DNA of 64,000 nucleotides, taken from positions 3,164-67,163 of the forward strand of contig JAPLDL010000025.1 of the NCBI GenBank assembly GCA_026391735.1. The letters are read 5' to 3'. Position 1 is the stretch's first letter; each line of letters starts with the position of its first letter. The DNA is from Bacteroidota bacterium (GTDB lineage Bacteria > Bacteroidota > Bacteroidia > Bacteroidales > FEN-979). The notes beneath the pieces were generated by a model, which worked only from the letters and a program-made list of their open reading frames with translations, was not told the DNA's origin and searched no databases. Below, one piece after another: positions 63,179 through 64,000 of this stretch. The translations under genes and the position numbers were made by a program.

Positions 63179-64000
63179 ATTAAATACATCCTTTTCTCCG
63201 GGATTTCCTTTTTCTTTCTTTTTCAGGATCCGGGAAATCTGAATGCCCAGTCGTTCAGGGATACACTGCAGCTTAAAGAAACGGAAGTCAGAGCTAACCT
63301 GGTTCCCGACAACAACGGTTATAAAAGGGTTAAATTTGATTCCCTGATCCTTCTGCCTTACCGGGATGCCGACCTGTCGGCCGTCTTGTCCCAGATATCA
63401 ACGATATTTATTAAATCATACAGCCCTGGAAGTCTTGCAACCACCTCCTTCAGGGGAACGCCGGCAAACCATACCCAGGTCGAATGGAACGGTATAAGCC
63501 TTAGTAACCCGATGCTTGGACAATCAGACCTTTCCCAGATCCCGGTTTCAGCCTTTGATGAGATTGAAGTGCTGTATGGGGCATCCGGACTGACTAAAAC
63601 AAGCGGAGCTTTCGGAGGAGTAGTCAACCTGGTTACCAACCCCGATTGGAATAACAGGATCCATGCAAAAGTAGCCCAAACCATTGCCAGTTTTGATAAC
63701 TATACTACTGAAGTAGGATTTATTGGCGGATCTTCTTCCTTCCAGTCGAATACACGCCTGAATTTCACTTCAGCTGTTAATGATTTTCCCTATTATGATG
63801 ATTTTACAAAAGAACAAGTGACCCAGCATGATGCAAGCGTTCTCCAGTATGGGATAACCGAAGAGGCCTTCTGGAAAATAAAGGACAAACATCTCTTCAC
63901 CGCCCGTGTGTGGTATAGTTATGATGACCGGGATATCCCGCCGGTGGTCGCCGGAAGCTCAACATATTATCCGCAAAAAATGCTGAACAAAACCCTGAGG
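63179..64000 (+). CDS. TonB-dependent receptor, N-terminal part (runs off the window); no canonical start codon
   Basis: Hand translation of the frame open from 63164 gives (I)KYILFSGISFFFLFQDPGNLNAQS...FRGTPANHTQVEWNGISLSNPMLGQSDLSQIPVSAFDEIEVLYGASG...GGVVNLVT, which is plug-domain motifs. The first in-frame ATG is inside the plug, and ATT at 63179 precedes the signal-peptide-like segment. Confidence 0.7.
   Translation, partial: MKYILFSGISFFFLFQDPGNLNAQSFRDTLQLKETEVRANLVPDNNGYKRVKFDSLILLPYRDADLSAVLSQISTIFIKSYSPGSLATTSFRGTPANHTQVEWNGISLSNPMLGQSDLSQIPVSAFDEIEVLYGASGLTKTSGAFGGVVNLVTNPDWNNRIHAKVAQTIASFDNYTTEVGFIGGSSSFQSNTRLNFTSAVNDFPYYDDFTKEQVTQHDASVLQYGITEEAFWKIKDKHLFTARVWYSYDDRDIPPVVAGSSTYYPQKMLNKTLR

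Overview
This is a densely coding chromosomal segment that looks Bacteroidota-like. The signs are three proteins ending in T9SS-type C-terminal sorting domains, many lipoprotein or signal peptides, and TAnnTTTG -7 promoter boxes. It is probably from an anaerobe, because it carries a glycyl radical enzyme and two further radical-SAM genes. I support about 50 protein genes and saw no rRNA, tRNA, CRISPR array, transposase or prophage. Content, left to right: (1) an HmuY-like / TonB-dependent receptor / HmuY-like operon behind a long leader. (2) A nine-gene co-directional cluster (23721 to 6457, minus strand) with GH2 beta-mannosidase, GH92, an EamA transporter, an M64 peptidase, a glycyl-radical activase, a HypD-like glycyl radical enzyme, GH31, an MFS-type transporter and a large transglutaminase-fold lipoprotein. 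(3) galK, ppk2, galM and an SSS symporter. (4) A compact three-gene module of an SDR, a bacterial TMEM97/EXPERA (sigma-2 receptor / sterol isomerase fold) membrane protein and a truncated Fe-S old-yellow-enzyme. I rate this the best candidate for an undescribed system (sterol or steroid-like ring transformation). (5) A fusion of an FGE (SUMF1) domain to a large unknown domain. (6) An operon of a HAD hydrolase plus three consecutive (alpha/alpha)6-barrel hydrolases (one GDE_C-like, two GH63/MGH1-like). (7) Housekeeping genes: pepC, aat, xerD, rpmG, a DUF4295 gene, ftsY and rimO. (8) A second T9SS-protein / TonB-receptor pair that runs off the window. Non-genic oddities are short 7-8 nt tandem arrays in three intergenic regions, and a TonB receptor with no canonical start codon. 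All product calls come from motif recognition by eye on the supplied translations. No database search was run.
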